A stretch of 28,680 nucleotides of DNA from Thermoproteota archaeon (GTDB taxonomy: Archaea; Korarchaeota; Korarchaeia; Korarchaeales; Korarchaeaceae): positions 1 to 28,680 of the forward strand of contig WALU01000011.1 of assembly GCA_015522685.1 (NCBI GenBank). Reading direction: 5' to 3'. Position 1 is the first letter of the stretch, and every line of letters begins with the position of its first letter. Below the pieces are notes generated by a model. It saw only the letters and a program-made list of their open reading frames with translations. It was not told where the DNA came from and ran no database searches. Positions 16,553 to 26,703 of the stretch are shown here, in pieces. The position numbers and the translations under genes were made by a program.

Positions 16553-18358
16553 TTAGGTCTGACTGGATCCTCTAGAATATCTTATCCACAGAATCTTTCT
16601 ATAAAGCTCCTTCTCATCGTCCGTCATCTCGCTGAAGTATATAGATCTCGCTTTATCGTCCTTAAATTCCGATACTATTGTATATAACTTCTTACTCTCC
16701 CTAACGTTTCTTCCAACGACTCCTCCTTTTATGGAGATGGCAACCTTTTGACCAGCTCTCGCCTCGGGTATCCTATTTCCCTCATATTGTATATCTAAAA
16801 TGGTCCCGACCATCTTTCCGTTCTCATTCATCAAAGAGTAACCGGGAAAAATTCTTCCAGCTAAAATTTCAACACCAACTATAGCTGGGTCGCTTCTCCT
16901 AAATACAAAATCAGGTAATACGAAAATCTCTGCTGGAAAAACAGCTTGAGAGAGAACTTTTTCTGCTTCCTCCCTTTTAAGCTCTTCTAGATATTCCTTA
17001 AACTCTTCTATAAGCCTATATATTATAGCATCACTAAATATCGGTATTCCCCTCGACTGAGCCTCTCTCCTAGCATCCTCCTTTACTTTTACATTAAAAG
17101 CAAGTATTACAGCATATTCCTTCTCCTTCAATTTTATTACTGAAGCTTCGAAAACATCTACCTTTGAGACATCCCCTATGTCAGCCCTTCTGAGGGGTAT
17201 TCCCTCCTTCCTAAGCTGGGCAGTGAGGGCTTCAAGTGTTCCCAAGGTATCTGCCTTGACAATTACTCCAATTTTATCTGTCTTTATTATTATGTGCTCT
17301 AATTCTTCCTGAACCTCCTTCTTTAATTCCTCTATCAAATTCTCATCCCTAGCAACATAGAGAGGGGATCCAGCCAAGACGTCATCTAAGTTAGGACCCG
17401 ATATCATTACCCCAGCCGCAGCAGATACTTCGTTAACCCTTTTGAATTTCTTAGTTGCTCTCATCTCTTGGAGAGGTTCAGGAACAAGCAAAGCCCTTAC
17501 TTTAGTTACAACAGGGCCTTTAGCTCCTGCTACTACTATGATATCATCCTTTTTCAATACCCCATCATATACTATTGCTGTCAGAACCATACCGAGACCC
17601 TGCTGCTGCTTTACTTCTAAGATGGTTCCTCTACCCTCATCTGTTGTTATCTCCAATCTATCGAGCATGAATCCCTGTACTAAGCCTACAAGCATAGTTA
17701 AAAGATCAGGTATTCCCTCTCCCGTGACAGCGCTTGTTGGCACTATTGCGAATGTTTTCGTGTAATCCTGCACCCTATCATATCTATCAGCGTAAATGCC
17801 AATGGAAGCTAACTGATCTACTATTCGATAAAGTCTCTTTTCCAGTTCGACTATAACAAAAGGTGGCTGTTCCCTTTCAGCCAATATGAAGGGCCTATCT
17901 CCCACGGATCTCCAACCATATATTGTATCAATCTTATTAAGGGCTATGACAAAAGGAACTCTTCTCTCCCTTAGTATGTTAATGGATTCTATTGTCTGGG
18001 GCTGAACTCCTCCATTTATATCTATCACTAGTATCGCTATATCGGCAACAGAACCACCTCTTCTTCTCAGGTTCGAGAAGGCCTCATGACCTGGTAAATC
18101 TATAAAAAGCAATCCTCCAGTTTTCACTTCAAATTTCAGGTTTAGGACTTTCATGACAGGCTCACAGATCTTGTATATTATATCAGTAGGTATCTCAGAA
18201 GCCCCAACATGCTGAGTTATGGAACCAGGTTCTTTAGTAGCTACCCTAGTTCTCCTAATATAATCTAACAGGGTAGTCTTTCCGGAGTCTACATGGCCCA
18301 GTACAGAGACTAGCGGCTGCCTATATACCTTCTTAGTTTTGCTCTCAAATTCAGGCAA
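16553..18358 (-). CDS. infB: Translation initiation factor aIF5B (IF-2)
   Basis: RQP.VSVLGHVDSGKTTLLD, ITQHVGA, DLPGHEAFSNLRRRGGS, NKID, KADTLGTLEAL. TTG start with GGTGA SD. Confidence 0.98.
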   Translation of the reverse strand: MPEFESKTKKVYRQPLVSVLGHVDSGKTTLLDYIRRTRVATKEPGSITQHVGASEIPTDIIYKICEPVMKVLNLKFEVKTGGLLFIDLPGHEAFSNLRRRGGSVADIAILVIDINGGVQPQTIESINILRERRVPFVIALNKIDTIYGWRSVGDRPFILAEREQPPFVIVELEKRLYRIVDQLASIGIYADRYDRVQDYTKTFAIVPTSAVTGEGIPDLLTMLVGLVQGFMLDRLEITTDEGRGTILEVKQQQGLGMVLTAIVYDGVLKKDDIIVVAGAKGPVVTKVRALLVPEPLQEMRATKKFKRVNEVSAAAGVMISGPNLDDVLAGSPLYVARDENLIEELKKEVQEELEHIIIKTDKIGVIVKADTLGTLEALTAQLRKEGIPLRRADIGDVSKVDVFEASVIKLKEKEYAVILAFNVKVKEDARREAQSRGIPIFSDAIIYRLIEEFKEYLEELKREEAEKVLSQAVFPAEIFVLPDFVFRRSDPAIVGVEILAGRIFPGYSLMNENGKMVGTILDIQYEGNRIPEARAGQKVAISIKGGVVGRNVRESKKLYTIVSEFKDDKARSIYFSEMTDDEKELYRKILWIRYSRGSSQT

Positions 18359-18384
18359 ATAGCTTCACCGCTCAGATAAGAGAT

Positions 18385-18576
18385 TCATCGAGCTTCTTTA
18401 GACTTCTTCCTAACCCATGCAACTTTCTTAGGATTTCTACCTAACTTCAGATAGTTTTTGGTACATTTAGATGAACAGAAGTAGAGGATAGTACCATCTG
18501 CCTTCACATACATCCAGCCATGTCCAGGCTCTAGCTCTTTTCCACAAAAGGCACATTTCTTCAGTAGTATAGACAT
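18385..18576 (-). CDS. rpl24e: 50S ribosomal protein L24e
   Basis: CAFCGK.LEPG.G.MYVK.DG.I.YFCSSKC.KNY.KLGRNP.KV.W. Confidence 0.97.
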   Translation of the reverse strand: MSILLKKCAFCGKELEPGHGWMYVKADGTILYFCSSKCTKNYLKLGRNPKKVAWVRKKSKEAR

Positions 18577-18580
18577 ATAA

Positions 18581-18799
18581 TCACCTTGGCTTTAATTTCC
18601 TAGCTTCCATCTCGGTCTCTCTAAGTATGAGTATGTCCCCCATTCTTACAGGTCCCTTAACATTTCTTGTGAGGACTCTCCCTCTATCTTTACCCACTAG
18701 AATTTTCGCTCTGACTTGCATAACGTCTCCAGCTACTCCTGTCCTACCTATTAGCTCTACTACCTCAGCCTGGTATCCCTTATCCTTCTCTTGGGACAT
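18581..18799 (-). CDS. rps28e: 30S ribosomal protein S28e
   Basis: [14 protein letters not shown]...QVR...GR...[20 protein letters not shown]. Confidence 0.97.
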   Translation of the reverse strand: MSQEKDKGYQAEVVELIGRTGVAGDVMQVRAKILVGKDRGRVLTRNVKGPVRMGDILILRETEMEARKLKPR

Positions 18800-18840
18800 A
18801 TGATCACCTTCAGAAAAGGGAATGTCTAGGGATTTTTAAA

Positions 18841-19239
18841 TTACTCGGTTCCTTCCATTCCTCTTAGCTCATTTATCTTATCTATTAGAGCCTCAAGTAA
18901 ACTCTTAGCCTGACCAGCATCTACTATCGCTACTGAGGAGGCTGGAACTTCTATGCCTGACGCCTTTCCAAGTCCATCTTTGCTAGGTACATAGGCGAAG
19001 GGCACTTTTTTGTCATCGCAAAGCAAAGGAAGGTGGGCTACAACCTCAGGTGGATTCACATCCTCTGTTATTACCACAAACAGGGCCTCCCCTCTCTCTA
19101 TAGCCTTAGTAGTCTCATTGACTCCCTTTCTCACTTTACCTCCTGTATCTCTAGCAGTTTGAACTAACTCAAGTATTTTCGAGACCAGATCTTCGGGAAC
19201 CTCAAACTTCACATAGAAGGGTTTGTCCTTAGCGGTCAT
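18841..19239 (-). CDS. rpl7ae: 50S ribosomal protein L7Ae
   Basis: [51 protein letters not shown]. Confidence 0.98.
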   Translation of the reverse strand: MTAKDKPFYVKFEVPEDLVSKILELVQTARDTGGKVRKGVNETTKAIERGEALFVVITEDVNPPEVVAHLPLLCDDKKVPFAYVPSKDGLGKASGIEVPASSVAIVDAGQAKSLLEALIDKINELRGMEGTE

Positions 19240-19268
19240 CCTTCATCCCCCCTTAGGGGCGGGAATGA

Positions 19269-20351
19269 TCATATAAAAATATGTCTCTCATCAATGAGGG
19301 ATTTCAAGGGATCTGTAAGGAGGTATTTATGCGTTAATCTCAATTGATCTGGAGTTAAAGATCCAGTGAGAAATATGGCAGTCCTCATCTCAAAGATGAG
19401 GCTTCTTAGTTCATTTTCTACTCCTGCTGGACCCTTCTCGATAGCTCTAATAAAGAAAGGTCTCGCAGCTCCAGCAGCATTTGCCCCTAGAGCTATACAC
19501 TTTGCAGCATCAAGTCCAGATCTGACTCCTCCAGATCCTATGATTGTTAGATTTAGATCTGATATTTCCATTATCGCTAGAGGTGTAGGTATTCCCCAAT
19601 CTGCAAACCTCTCAGATGCCTTTCTCTTTATTGATCCCTCCGGAGATCTTCTCCCTTCTATAAGGGACCAACTCGTACCTCCAGAACCAGCCACATCAAT
19701 TATGTTAACTCCTACCTCTTTAAGTAAATCTGCTACATCATGAGAGATACCAGAGCCAACTTCCTTCACTATTATAGGTACATCCAATTCTCTAATGACA
19801 TCTCTTATTGATATAAGAGAATTTGTAAAGTCTGTAGATCCTTCTGGCTGAAGTATTTCCTGCAGGGGATTTAAATGGATGGCCAATGCATCAGCATCTA
19901 TCATTTCAACAGCTTTCTTAGCATTGTCAAGCCCATTCCTTCCTAAGATATGAGAAATCCCTAAATTAGCTATGACTGGGACCTCTGTAGCTTTCTTTCT
20001 AACTATAGAGTATGTGTCAATCACAGATCCATCGCTTAAACCAGCTCTTTGGCTTCCTACCCCTATAGCTACTCCTACAGATTGAGCAGCCTCTGCTAAC
20101 GACTCATTTATGCGCATCGTTACTTTATGACCCCCCGTCATGCCCTCTATCACTAAAGGAGCATTTAGCTCGTATCCGAGGAAATTCCATGTAAGATCAA
20201 CATTATCGGGGGAAGTATCAAGCAGGGGATTATGTAGTAACCTCACGTAGCTGAACCATGATTCATTCGCACTGAGGTCTATTCCCTCCCCTTTAGCTAT
20301 CATCAAGTGCTCCATCTTTCTCTGAGAAGTTCTCTTGCTGTTCTTGATCAT
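19269..20351 (-). CDS. fni: Type 2 isopentenyl-diphosphate delta-isomerase (FMN-dependent)
   Basis: RKMEH, GMTGG, GVGSQRA, HLNPLQE..QPEG, VKEVG.G, DVAGSGGTSW, WGIPT, SGGVRSGLD. Confidence 0.96.
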   Translation of the reverse strand: MIKNSKRTSQRKMEHLMIAKGEGIDLSANESWFSYVRLLHNPLLDTSPDNVDLTWNFLGYELNAPLVIEGMTGGHKVTMRINESLAEAAQSVGVAIGVGSQRAGLSDGSVIDTYSIVRKKATEVPVIANLGISHILGRNGLDNAKKAVEMIDADALAIHLNPLQEILQPEGSTDFTNSLISIRDVIRELDVPIIVKEVGSGISHDVADLLKEVGVNIIDVAGSGGTSWSLIEGRRSPEGSIKRKASERFADWGIPTPLAIMEISDLNLTIIGSGGVRSGLDAAKCIALGANAAGAARPFFIRAIEKGPAGVENELRSLIFEMRTAIFLTGSLTPDQLRLTHKYLLTDPLKSLIDERHIFI

Positions 20352-21208
20352 TCCCTGAACACCACTGATGCATATCCTACAACCAGAGATCTATCTCCAC
20401 TAGCCTCAGCACTCGTTGAATATCTAACTAATTCACCTCTCTTCACACCTTTCATTTTTGCATGAGTCATTGCAACAGATGCAGGGCCAGGGCCACACAT
20501 AGATATGCCCAACTTATATATCATATTGAAGAGTCCATGAACATCTAATGCTGTTATGGGTTGCAGGGCTGCTTGATCTCTCTTCCTTGCCTCCTCCTCT
20601 GGAATATAATGAGACATATCAGAGGATGCTATCACCACGAGATCTCTCTTCAGCTCCTCTGAAGCTATACTTATTGCCTTTCCTAAGGAGATAGAAGATT
20701 CAGGAGTCTGAACTCCCATAACTATAGGAACTATCTTGAATCGATTTCCAAATACCACTTGGAGAAATGGTATTTGAACCTCAACGGAATGCTCAGATAT
20801 ATGGGCTAGATCATCAAAAGATAGATCACTGAAGTGCTTCTGGATGGCAGAGATGAGTTCCTTATCTAGTTCTACCTCACCTAAAGGAGTTTCCCAGAAA
20901 TCAGCACTAGAAACGGAGAAAGCAGCACCTAATCCTGTATGATTCGGCCCTAATATAACGAATGTCTCAGGAATACCATCTTCTGCCATCTTAGAGTAGC
21001 CAGCAGCGGCTGTTCTCCCAGAGTAGACGTACCCAGCATGAGGAGAGAGCAGGGATTTTATCCTTCTAGCTCCGCTCTCATTTGGGGATGGTATCCCTTC
21101 GATCCCTAAAGAGCTAAACAAGTATCTTAAAAGACCTAGCAGCTCTTCCCTAGCCCTAGGGTAAAAAGAACCGGCAGCTGCTGATTTTCGAACCCTCAAG
21201 CCCTTCAC
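20348..21208 (-). CDS. MEMO1 family protein (AmmeMemoRadiSam protein B-like)
   Basis: [54 protein letters not shown]. Confidence 0.95.
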   Translation of the reverse strand: MKGLRVRKSAAAGSFYPRAREELLGLLRYLFSSLGIEGIPSPNESGARRIKSLLSPHAGYVYSGRTAAAGYSKMAEDGIPETFVILGPNHTGLGAAFSVSSADFWETPLGEVELDKELISAIQKHFSDLSFDDLAHISEHSVEVQIPFLQVVFGNRFKIVPIVMGVQTPESSISLGKAISIASEELKRDLVVIASSDMSHYIPEEEARKRDQAALQPITALDVHGLFNMIYKLGISMCGPGPASVAMTHAKMKGVKRGELVRYSTSAEASGDRSLVVGYASVVFRE

Positions 21209-21858
21209 CTGAGGCCCATGATCCTCGTGGCGAAGTCCTCATATCCCTCCTCTAGATCCCCATCTGGGGGAATATCCTTCCTATTTCTCAATACCTCCCT
21301 AGTAAGAAGCCAGTAAACTAAAGCTAATGATCTCCTTCCCTTATTATTGGCTGGAATAGCAAGATCAATATACTCCAATGTATTATCTGCATCTACTAAA
21401 GCTACAACAGGTATACCAATCTTCGCAGATTCTATATGGATCTGTCTATCTACCCTAGGATCGGAGAGCAGTACAACATCCGGCTCTAAATGAAGGGGCG
21501 CGTGGGGATTTGTTAAGGTACCCGGAAGGATTCTTCCAGTTATGTAGGGCGCTCCTGTATATTCAGCGAATTTTCTCACAGGTTTAAAACCATATATCCT
21601 AGCAGAAACGGCAAGTATTCTATCAGGTTCAAATCTAGCTAAAAATTTCCCTGTAACCCTTATCCTTTCATCTAACTTCTTTATATCTATCATACAGAGG
21701 CCATCTGGCCTTACTTTATATATGAACTTCTCCATGTCCTTAGTCCTTATCCTTGTTCCAACATGCACTCCTGCTGATAGATACTTTTGTTTAGGTATTA
21801 GTAAATCTTTATCCTCCACAGGAGGTACGTTTGAGAGACTCATGTCATCATATCTCAT
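21205..21858 (-). CDS. rps2: 30S ribosomal protein S2
   Basis: [46 protein letters not shown]. Confidence 0.98.
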   Translation of the reverse strand: MRYDDMSLSNVPPVEDKDLLIPKQKYLSAGVHVGTRIRTKDMEKFIYKVRPDGLCMIDIKKLDERIRVTGKFLARFEPDRILAVSARIYGFKPVRKFAEYTGAPYITGRILPGTLTNPHAPLHLEPDVVLLSDPRVDRQIHIESAKIGIPVVALVDADNTLEYIDLAIPANNKGRRSLALVYWLLTREVLRNRKDIPPDGDLEEGYEDFATRIMGLR

Positions 21859-21862
21859 GCAA

Positions 21863-22066
21863 TCACCTCTCCATAATGGGTGTAAAGGATAACTCGAGCT
21901 CAGCTAAATCTATATGACTGATGAACATTCTCCTACAGCAGTATCTAGTGACCCCTAAGGAATCTAGAACCTTCCCAGGGTCCTCCCCAGCCATCACTCT
22001 CCGGGAGAACTCCTCCCACTTATCTCCTATAACACTGCCACAAGTAAAACATCTCACTGGGAACAT
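21863..22066 (-). CDS. rpoN: DNA-directed RNA polymerase subunit N (Rpo10)
   Basis: [13 protein letters not shown] and LD.LG..RYCCRRM..SH.DL. Confidence 0.98.
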   Translation of the reverse strand: MFPVRCFTCGSVIGDKWEEFSRRVMAGEDPGKVLDSLGVTRYCCRRMFISHIDLAELELSFTPIMER

Positions 22067-22160
22067 ATCCTAACCTCGGCTGGGTATGACCTATCGAGGT
22101 TATTAAATTATGCCATTCCTAGGATCTTGGAAGAGATGTTTCCTAGGAGGTTGATGGAAG

Positions 22161-23147
22161 GTGGCGTTCGAGTTATGGATAGAGAAGTATAGACCTCGAA
22201 CCTTAGATGATATAATGGATCAGAAAGATGCAATTCAGGCCCTCAAAGGCTTTGTAGAGAAGAGGTCTATGCCTCATCTACTCTTCGCTGGACCAGCAGG
22301 TACCGGCAAAACGACGACAGCATTAGCTCTAGCTCACGATATATATAGGTCTGAGGATTTACTGCGTGCTAATTATATGGAGCTAAATGCAAGCGATGAA
22401 AGGGGAATAGAAACGATAAGAACCAAGATAAAAGATTTTGCGAAGACAGCCCCCTTCGGAGAGGTTCCTTTCAAGATAATTCACCTTGATGAAGCTGATA
22501 GCTTAACTGCTGATGCCCAGCATGCACTCAGGAGGATAATGGAGATGTATTCCTCTACTACAAGATTTATCTTAGCTTGTAACTATTCTTCTAAAATAAT
22601 AGAGCCCATTCAATCAAGATGTGCCGTCTTTAGATTCGGTCCAATACCCGATGAATCTGTTAAGAAACGTCTCATGATGATAGCCAATAAGGAGAAGGTC
22701 AAATACACTGAGGAGGGAATATCTGCCATAGTTTATGTGGCAGAAGGAGATCTCAGAAGGGCGATAAATCTACTTCAGACGGCTTCTGCAATGGCGAATG
22801 TAGCTGATGCGAAGGTGGTTTACAGGGTAGCTGGCCTAGCGCATCCAGAGGAGGTTAAAGGCATGATAAATGCTGCAATAAAAGGAAAATTTGTTTCAGC
22901 GAGAGATATACTCAGGAATTTGATGATAAACTATGGGATGTCAGCCCAAGATGTAATCAGGCAACTTAACAGGGAAATAATGGCGAGCAAATCTATCTCT
23001 GATGAAGTAAAGGCTCAACTCATGAGATTTCTAAGTGAAGTAGACTTTAGGGTTACAGAAGGGGCCCATGGAGATGTCCAGCTGGCTGCCATGCTAGCGA
23101 AACTTGTTGAGCTAGGTGAATCTCATGGCGGACCTTCCTTGGACTGA
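22161..23147 (+). CDS. rfcS: Replication factor C small subunit
   Basis: WIEKYRP, GPAGTGKTT, ELNASDERGI, LDEAD.LT.DAQ.ALRR, IEPIQSRC, GDLRRAIN. No intein. Confidence 0.97.
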   Translation: MAFELWIEKYRPRTLDDIMDQKDAIQALKGFVEKRSMPHLLFAGPAGTGKTTTALALAHDIYRSEDLLRANYMELNASDERGIETIRTKIKDFAKTAPFGEVPFKIIHLDEADSLTADAQHALRRIMEMYSSTTRFILACNYSSKIIEPIQSRCAVFRFGPIPDESVKKRLMMIANKEKVKYTEEGISAIVYVAEGDLRRAINLLQTASAMANVADAKVVYRVAGLAHPEEVKGMINAAIKGKFVSARDILRNLMINYGMSAQDVIRQLNREIMASKSISDEVKAQLMRFLSEVDFRVTEGAHGDVQLAAMLAKLVELGESHGGPSLD

Positions 23148-24363
23148 AAAATATAGGCCTAAGAGTCTCGATGAGATAAAAGGGCAAAAGAAGGCGATAG
23201 GTAAAATTAGAGAATGGATGAATGAAGTTAGATCTGGTAAGGCTAAAAAAAGCCTCCTGCTTGTGGGACCACCTGGATCAGGCAAAACATCAGCAGCTCA
23301 TGCAATAGCCAATGAGCTAGGCTATGATCCAATAGAGGTTAATGCCAGCGATCTAAGAGATAAGGACCATCTCCACTATATAGTGGAGAGCGCACATGCA
23401 ATAAGCTTGGCGACCTTGAGCAGAAGGCTGATAATACTCGATGAGATCGATGCTTTACCCTCCGAAGGAAGTGCACTGGTTTCTTTAGTGAAAGAACTAA
23501 TAACTAAGGAGAGAATCCCTGTAGTAATGACTGCTAATGATCCCTATGAGAGGCACCTTTATGAAGTGAGATCTCTCTCAAATATGGTCAAGTTTTACAG
23601 GCTAAGGCGACCTACAGTTCTATCTGTACTAAAGGAAATATGCAGGAAGGAAAAGATATCTATTCTAGAGAGCACACTGAAGCAAATAGCACTAAATTCG
23701 GGAGGAGACCTTAGGGCAGCGATAAATGATTTAGAAAGCTTGGCTAAGGGAAGCAAAGATCTTGTTAAAGTGATAGGAAATAAATTTGGAAAAAGGGATG
23801 TAGAAGCAGATGTCTTTAAGGTACTATCTGCTGTGCTATATGGAGAGGACTGCTATTCAGCTTATTTGACCTCGATGAATACTGATGTAGATCCAGATAT
23901 GCTCTTTAGATGGATAGAGGAGAATGTTCCTTTGGTTTACTCAGGCAAGTCCCTCTCTAATGCATACGACTATCTATCAATAGCTGATATCGTGAGATCT
24001 AGAATAATAAAAACTAACAACTGGAAATTGATGTCTTATTATACTCAGTTAATGACTTTCGCTGTATGCTCTGCTAAGGAATCTAAACCCCATGGAGCTA
24101 AGCTCAAATTTCCTGAAATAATAAAGAAATTGTCTAGAACTAAGGGGCTTAGAGCCAGAACTAGGGAATTTCTCGTTAGCTTAGCTAAGGAGCTGCATGT
24201 TCCTGCAAGAGTCGTTAGAATGGAGATAACTCCTATACTAATAGCAGATAGCAAGAAAGATAGTAGGATAATAAAGAAAATGGAAAGAGAGATGGGCATC
24301 AGAGAAAAGGATATTAGAGAGATATTAAGAGACTTAGAAGAGTACTACAGATTAAAGGCTTGA
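23125..24363 (+). CDS. rfcL: Replication factor C large subunit
   Basis: PWTEKYRP, GPPGSGKTS, EVNASD, ILDEID, GDLRAAINDL, WIEEN, NWKL. Start set at ATG 23125 behind SD GGTGA. Confidence 0.95.
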   Translation: MADLPWTEKYRPKSLDEIKGQKKAIGKIREWMNEVRSGKAKKSLLLVGPPGSGKTSAAHAIANELGYDPIEVNASDLRDKDHLHYIVESAHAISLATLSRRLIILDEIDALPSEGSALVSLVKELITKERIPVVMTANDPYERHLYEVRSLSNMVKFYRLRRPTVLSVLKEICRKEKISILESTLKQIALNSGGDLRAAINDLESLAKGSKDLVKVIGNKFGKRDVEADVFKVLSAVLYGEDCYSAYLTSMNTDVDPDMLFRWIEENVPLVYSGKSLSNAYDYLSIADIVRSRIIKTNNWKLMSYYTQLMTFAVCSAKESKPHGAKLKFPEIIKKLSRTKGLRARTREFLVSLAKELHVPARVVRMEITPILIADSKKDSRIIKKMEREMGIREKDIREILRDLEEYYRLKA

Positions 24364-25503
24364 AGGTAGGGGGCTAAGTTCCTCCTCTAACATCTCCTTA
24401 AGCTTGACCCTCAGCTTGTCTGCTGGTATTGATCCTAATGATATTAATGTTGTTTGTCCTTTCATCCCTTCTCCAGATCTCTTAGTTTCAAGAAAGCCTA
24501 TATTTTTGAGGTTTCTAACCCTCTTCCACATTGCAGTATACTTGTAAGGTAGAACACCAACCTCCTCACAGAGGAGCTTGTATTCCTCCAGTAGACCTCC
24601 CATCTTTATCCAAGATCTATCTATAGATGAAAGCATTTTGGCTGCTGCTAGCAATAAGATCTTATTGTGAAGATCTAGAGGTGTTAATGCATCCTCCGTT
24701 ATTCCTATAACCCCTATCCTAGAAGCAGCCTCACTTACTATATCTAGAGCTATCTTAGATAATCCTGCTTCCTCTGATAGCTTAGCAGCTAAGTAAAGTA
24801 TCTTGAGGGATACCCTAGCATTACCTGCATGCTTTGATAGCTCCACAACTTTTCTTATGGTATCATCATCGTAGCTACCTTCTACCAATGATTCTCCTGC
24901 CCTATACGAGATGATCGTTTCTAGCTGTTCTGGGGTATACTTCTCAAGAGGTAATCTAGTAATTACGAATGATCTTATGGCGTCATCCATTAAGTAGGGA
25001 GGATCCCACCTGGCTATCGTTAACAGTGTCGGTGATTTGGGGGCTTCTCCTTCATTGAGCCTCAATAAAGTATAGACGAGAGAATCTCCATTTTTTAGGT
25101 ACTCTACCTCATCAAGTACTACTAGAAGACTCTTTTTCATCTTAGAAAGTACTTTTTCAAGTATTAGAACCATTTCCTCATATGAAAGCCCTCTATCTGG
25201 CAGTTCTGGCATTAAAGAAGAAGCTATTCTTTGAATAATAGATGTAGGTGTTCTATATGTCCTGCAATTTATGCGTGCAACCTTCATATTTTCAAGCAGG
25301 CCAGCTAATCTCCTAGAGGAGAGCTTAGCAACGGAGGTCTTACCTATGCCAGGTTCTCCTTTTATTATTATAAGCCCTTCCATCAAATTCGATCCCGAAG
25401 CTAGTGTTTGAACAAGCAAATTAACCTCTTTTTCTCTATGAGGAAGCCTAGGAGGCGTATAAGACTCAGAAATTTTACTAGAATCCCTAATTATTATCCT
25501 CAA
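24352..25503 (-). CDS. cdc6: Cdc6/Orc1 family replication initiator
   Basis: Y.P..LPHREKE, GEPGIGKT, INCR, VVLDEV, Y..EQL..I...R, GNAR; C-terminal wHTH ending in SG.G..G.T.LISL. Confidence 0.9.
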   Translation of the reverse strand: MRIIIRDSSKISESYTPPRLPHREKEVNLLVQTLASGSNLMEGLIIIKGEPGIGKTSVAKLSSRRLAGLLENMKVARINCRTYRTPTSIIQRIASSLMPELPDRGLSYEEMVLILEKVLSKMKKSLLVVLDEVEYLKNGDSLVYTLLRLNEGEAPKSPTLLTIARWDPPYLMDDAIRSFVITRLPLEKYTPEQLETIISYRAGESLVEGSYDDDTIRKVVELSKHAGNARVSLKILYLAAKLSEEAGLSKIALDIVSEAASRIGVIGITEDALTPLDLHNKILLLAAAKMLSSIDRSWIKMGGLLEEYKLLCEEVGVLPYKYTAMWKRVRNLKNIGFLETKRSGEGMKGQTTLISLGSIPADKLRVKLKEMLEEELSPLPSSL

Positions 25504-25592
25504 TCACCTTAGTAGTAGATGAATAGGGAGTAATAATTTCATTATGGTGCTATAAAGAGTGGGGAGGTAGGTGAAAGTATTGCATCACTTAT

Positions 25593-26612
25593 CTATTTCC
25601 TCCTAAGCCGCCTCCTATATATGAAATACCCAACTATCTCTAAGATAGTAATGATAATGGAGATACCAGCTATTAATATCCTAGAACTTACAGGAGAGAC
25701 CGGTATCTCATCAGCTAGCTTAAGAGCATAGCTCAAGTTGCCATCGACTCTACTTGGGTCAAGAGTAGATAGTTCATAGTATAGCTCAAAAATCTTCTTG
25801 GTTTTATTAGCGACCCTCTTATCCATAGCGAGAGAACCTGATTTCCTTATCTCAGCTATCTTACTCCTCAGTTTATCCAATGCCTCAATCTCGCTTTTTG
25901 TGTGGTTGACAACACCTAGGAAAAACCAACCGCTATGCTCTGATGACTCCCTGGTGTCAACCGTAGGACTCTTTAGTAACCATGAAACAGCAATTCTCTT
26001 CTCATTTGATATTTTGGTTGGATATATTAAGTTAGGAGATGGTCTAACTATGCTTACAACATAGCCTTTAGGCAATATTACTGTCATATTGAGCAGATCT
26101 AGCTCCTTTACAAATAGCTTAGAAACGTTGCTATAATCCTCTCGGGTTGAGTATACTATGCCCTCCCTCTCTCCGGATACTTTAGGAGATCCCTTTTTAG
26201 CTTCTAGCTCGGCTGTTAGTATTAAATCTATCCTCTTAGATATGTTTTTATATGTACTCTTTACTATTCTCGCTTTAATACTTGTAGGATAGAACTCTAT
26301 ATCGCCTCCTATGAAGGGACCCTTAACTGTTCTATTCACATAGCTAAGAAACCCTCTAGTGTAATTCTCTTCTCCAGTTTTGTTCAATAACCGATCTAAA
26401 TCATTAGCCCAAATCCCATACCACGAATAATTAACTTTGAGTTCAGCAGAATCCTCTGTCTTAAAGAAGAAAATTACTTGAGTGCTGACATAATGAGGCT
26501 TCTCAGATAGTATCCTTGCATTCGAGTAAAGAGTTAATGTAGGCAATAGAAGCGAAAGGAGGATAGCAGCCAATAAGAGGCCATTAGTTCTTGAACCATT
26601 CATCGAAGACAC
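25593..26612 (-). CDS. Hypothetical secreted / cell-surface protein with C-terminal membrane anchor
   Basis: N-terminal hydrophobic signal (LLLAAILLSLLLPTLTLY), several N-x-S/T sequons, C-terminal TM (ILIAGISIIITILEIVGYFIY) followed by RRRLRRK. Confidence 0.8.
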   Translation of the reverse strand: MSSMNGSRTNGLLLAAILLSLLLPTLTLYSNARILSEKPHYVSTQVIFFFKTEDSAELKVNYSWYGIWANDLDRLLNKTGEENYTRGFLSYVNRTVKGPFIGGDIEFYPTSIKARIVKSTYKNISKRIDLILTAELEAKKGSPKVSGEREGIVYSTREDYSNVSKLFVKELDLLNMTVILPKGYVVSIVRPSPNLIYPTKISNEKRIAVSWLLKSPTVDTRESSEHSGWFFLGVVNHTKSEIEALDKLRSKIAEIRKSGSLAMDKRVANKTKKIFELYYELSTLDPSRVDGNLSYALKLADEIPVSPVSSRILIAGISIIITILEIVGYFIYRRRLRRK

Positions 26613-26703
26613 CTTAGTCTAAAGGTATGCAACACTTTTTCATTGGGTAGATTATATAAACGTAGTTGGGTCTTAGACGTAACTTCAAAAAAGAGGGCCT
26701 TGA

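Noticed and set aside
20348-21208. MEMO1 protein as partner of the radical SAM at 10813 (AmmeMemoRadiSam system)
   Set aside because: MEMO1 is in its usual rps2-fni context 8 kb away, there is no AMMECR1 gene, and this rSAM is a SPASM type rather than the AmmeMemoRadiSam enzyme type.
25504-25592. Replication origin immediately upstream of cdc6
   Set aside because: The gap is only 89 nt, with no ORB repeats and no extended AT-rich element.
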